Shown here: piece by piece, positions 63,829 through 64,000 of the stretch
How the letters are laid out: each line of letters starts with the position of its first letter
Position numbering within the stretch: the stretch's first letter is position 1
From: Sandaracinaceae bacterium
GTDB taxonomy: Bacteria; Myxococcota_A; Polyangia; Polyangiales; Sandaracinaceae
Reading direction: 5' to 3'
Assembly (NCBI GenBank): GCA_044376125.1
Contig: JBILLJ010000019.1
Coordinates: forward strand, 15,621 to 79,620
DNA length: 64,000 nt
Made by a program: the position numbers and the translations under genes
Notes under the pieces: generated by a model
Told to the model about the DNA's origin: nothing
Databases searched by the model: none
What the model saw: the letters and a program-made list of their open reading frames with translations, nothing else

Positions 63829-64000
63829 ATGACCAGAGCTCGGGGACCTTCCTCCGCCACGGCCGGCGCGCGGGTGCGCGCGCTCGTCGCGGTCGGTGTG
63901 CCGCTCACCGTCGTGGCCGCTGGCTGCGGCTCCTCGCCGATGCCCGAGGACGCGGCGCTCACGGACGATGCGGCGCGCCTGCCGACCGACGATGCGTTCG
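63829..64000 (+). CDS. lipoprotein, 3'-truncated by the window edge
   Basis: My own translation: MTRARGPSSATAGARVRALVAVGVPLTVVAAGC (lipobox), then an acidic linker. Open to the end of the window. Confidence 0.5.
   Translation, partial: MTRARGPSSATAGARVRALVAVGVPLTVVAAGCGSSPMPEDAALTDDAARLPTDDAF

Noticed and set aside
1-64000. tRNA, rRNA, tmRNA, RNase P or SRP RNA genes
   Set aside because: I saw no T-loop-like GGTTCGAATCC-type motif outside coding regions. No non-coding gap is long enough for rRNA. The intergenic regions are short except 43748-44336 and 61325-61677.

Overview
Very GC-rich bacterial chromosomal window (exact GC not computed). Gene content suggests a myxobacterium-like deltaproteobacterial lineage: four Hanks-type Ser/Thr kinases, many lipoproteins with Asp/Ala-rich linkers after the lipobox, ECF sigma modules, and PQQ/beta-propeller and FGE-type proteins. 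This taxonomic call is inference only. The high GC means every locus carries long Arg/Ala/Pro-rich shadow ORFs in wrong frames. I picked the real frame by amino-acid composition and recognisable family motifs, and usually trimmed the ORF-track start to an internal ATG/GTG/TTG.

I support about 62 protein genes. Housekeeping genes include era, der, lgt, sixA, the pdhA-pdhB-E2 pyruvate dehydrogenase operon, a TruC/RluA-type pseudouridine synthase and an HAD-IG 5'-nucleotidase. The rest are accessory or unknown secreted proteins. I found no rRNA, tRNA or CRISPR.

Most notable observations:
1. Two diverged paralogous HUH/Y1 (COG1943, RAYT-like) transposase-fold genes share an unusual conserved C-terminal extension. 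They sit next to housekeeping genes.
2. A 37-bp REP-like palindrome family is present. Its arm motif (GGGGTCAGAGCA) also brackets one of the RAYT-like genes.
3. Four perfect or near-perfect short tandem arrays (7, 15, 16 and 23 bp units) all start at or overlap a stop codon.
4. A 177-bp element is bounded by 19-bp perfect inverted repeats.
5. A three-gene cassette led by an RHH antitoxin-like gene, with two unrecognised genes, is appended to the PDH operon.
6. Two convergent SUKH-like genes and a secreted protein made of three copies of an unassigned roughly 95-aa domain.
7. Three genes are interrupted by frameshifts that each look like one missing base.
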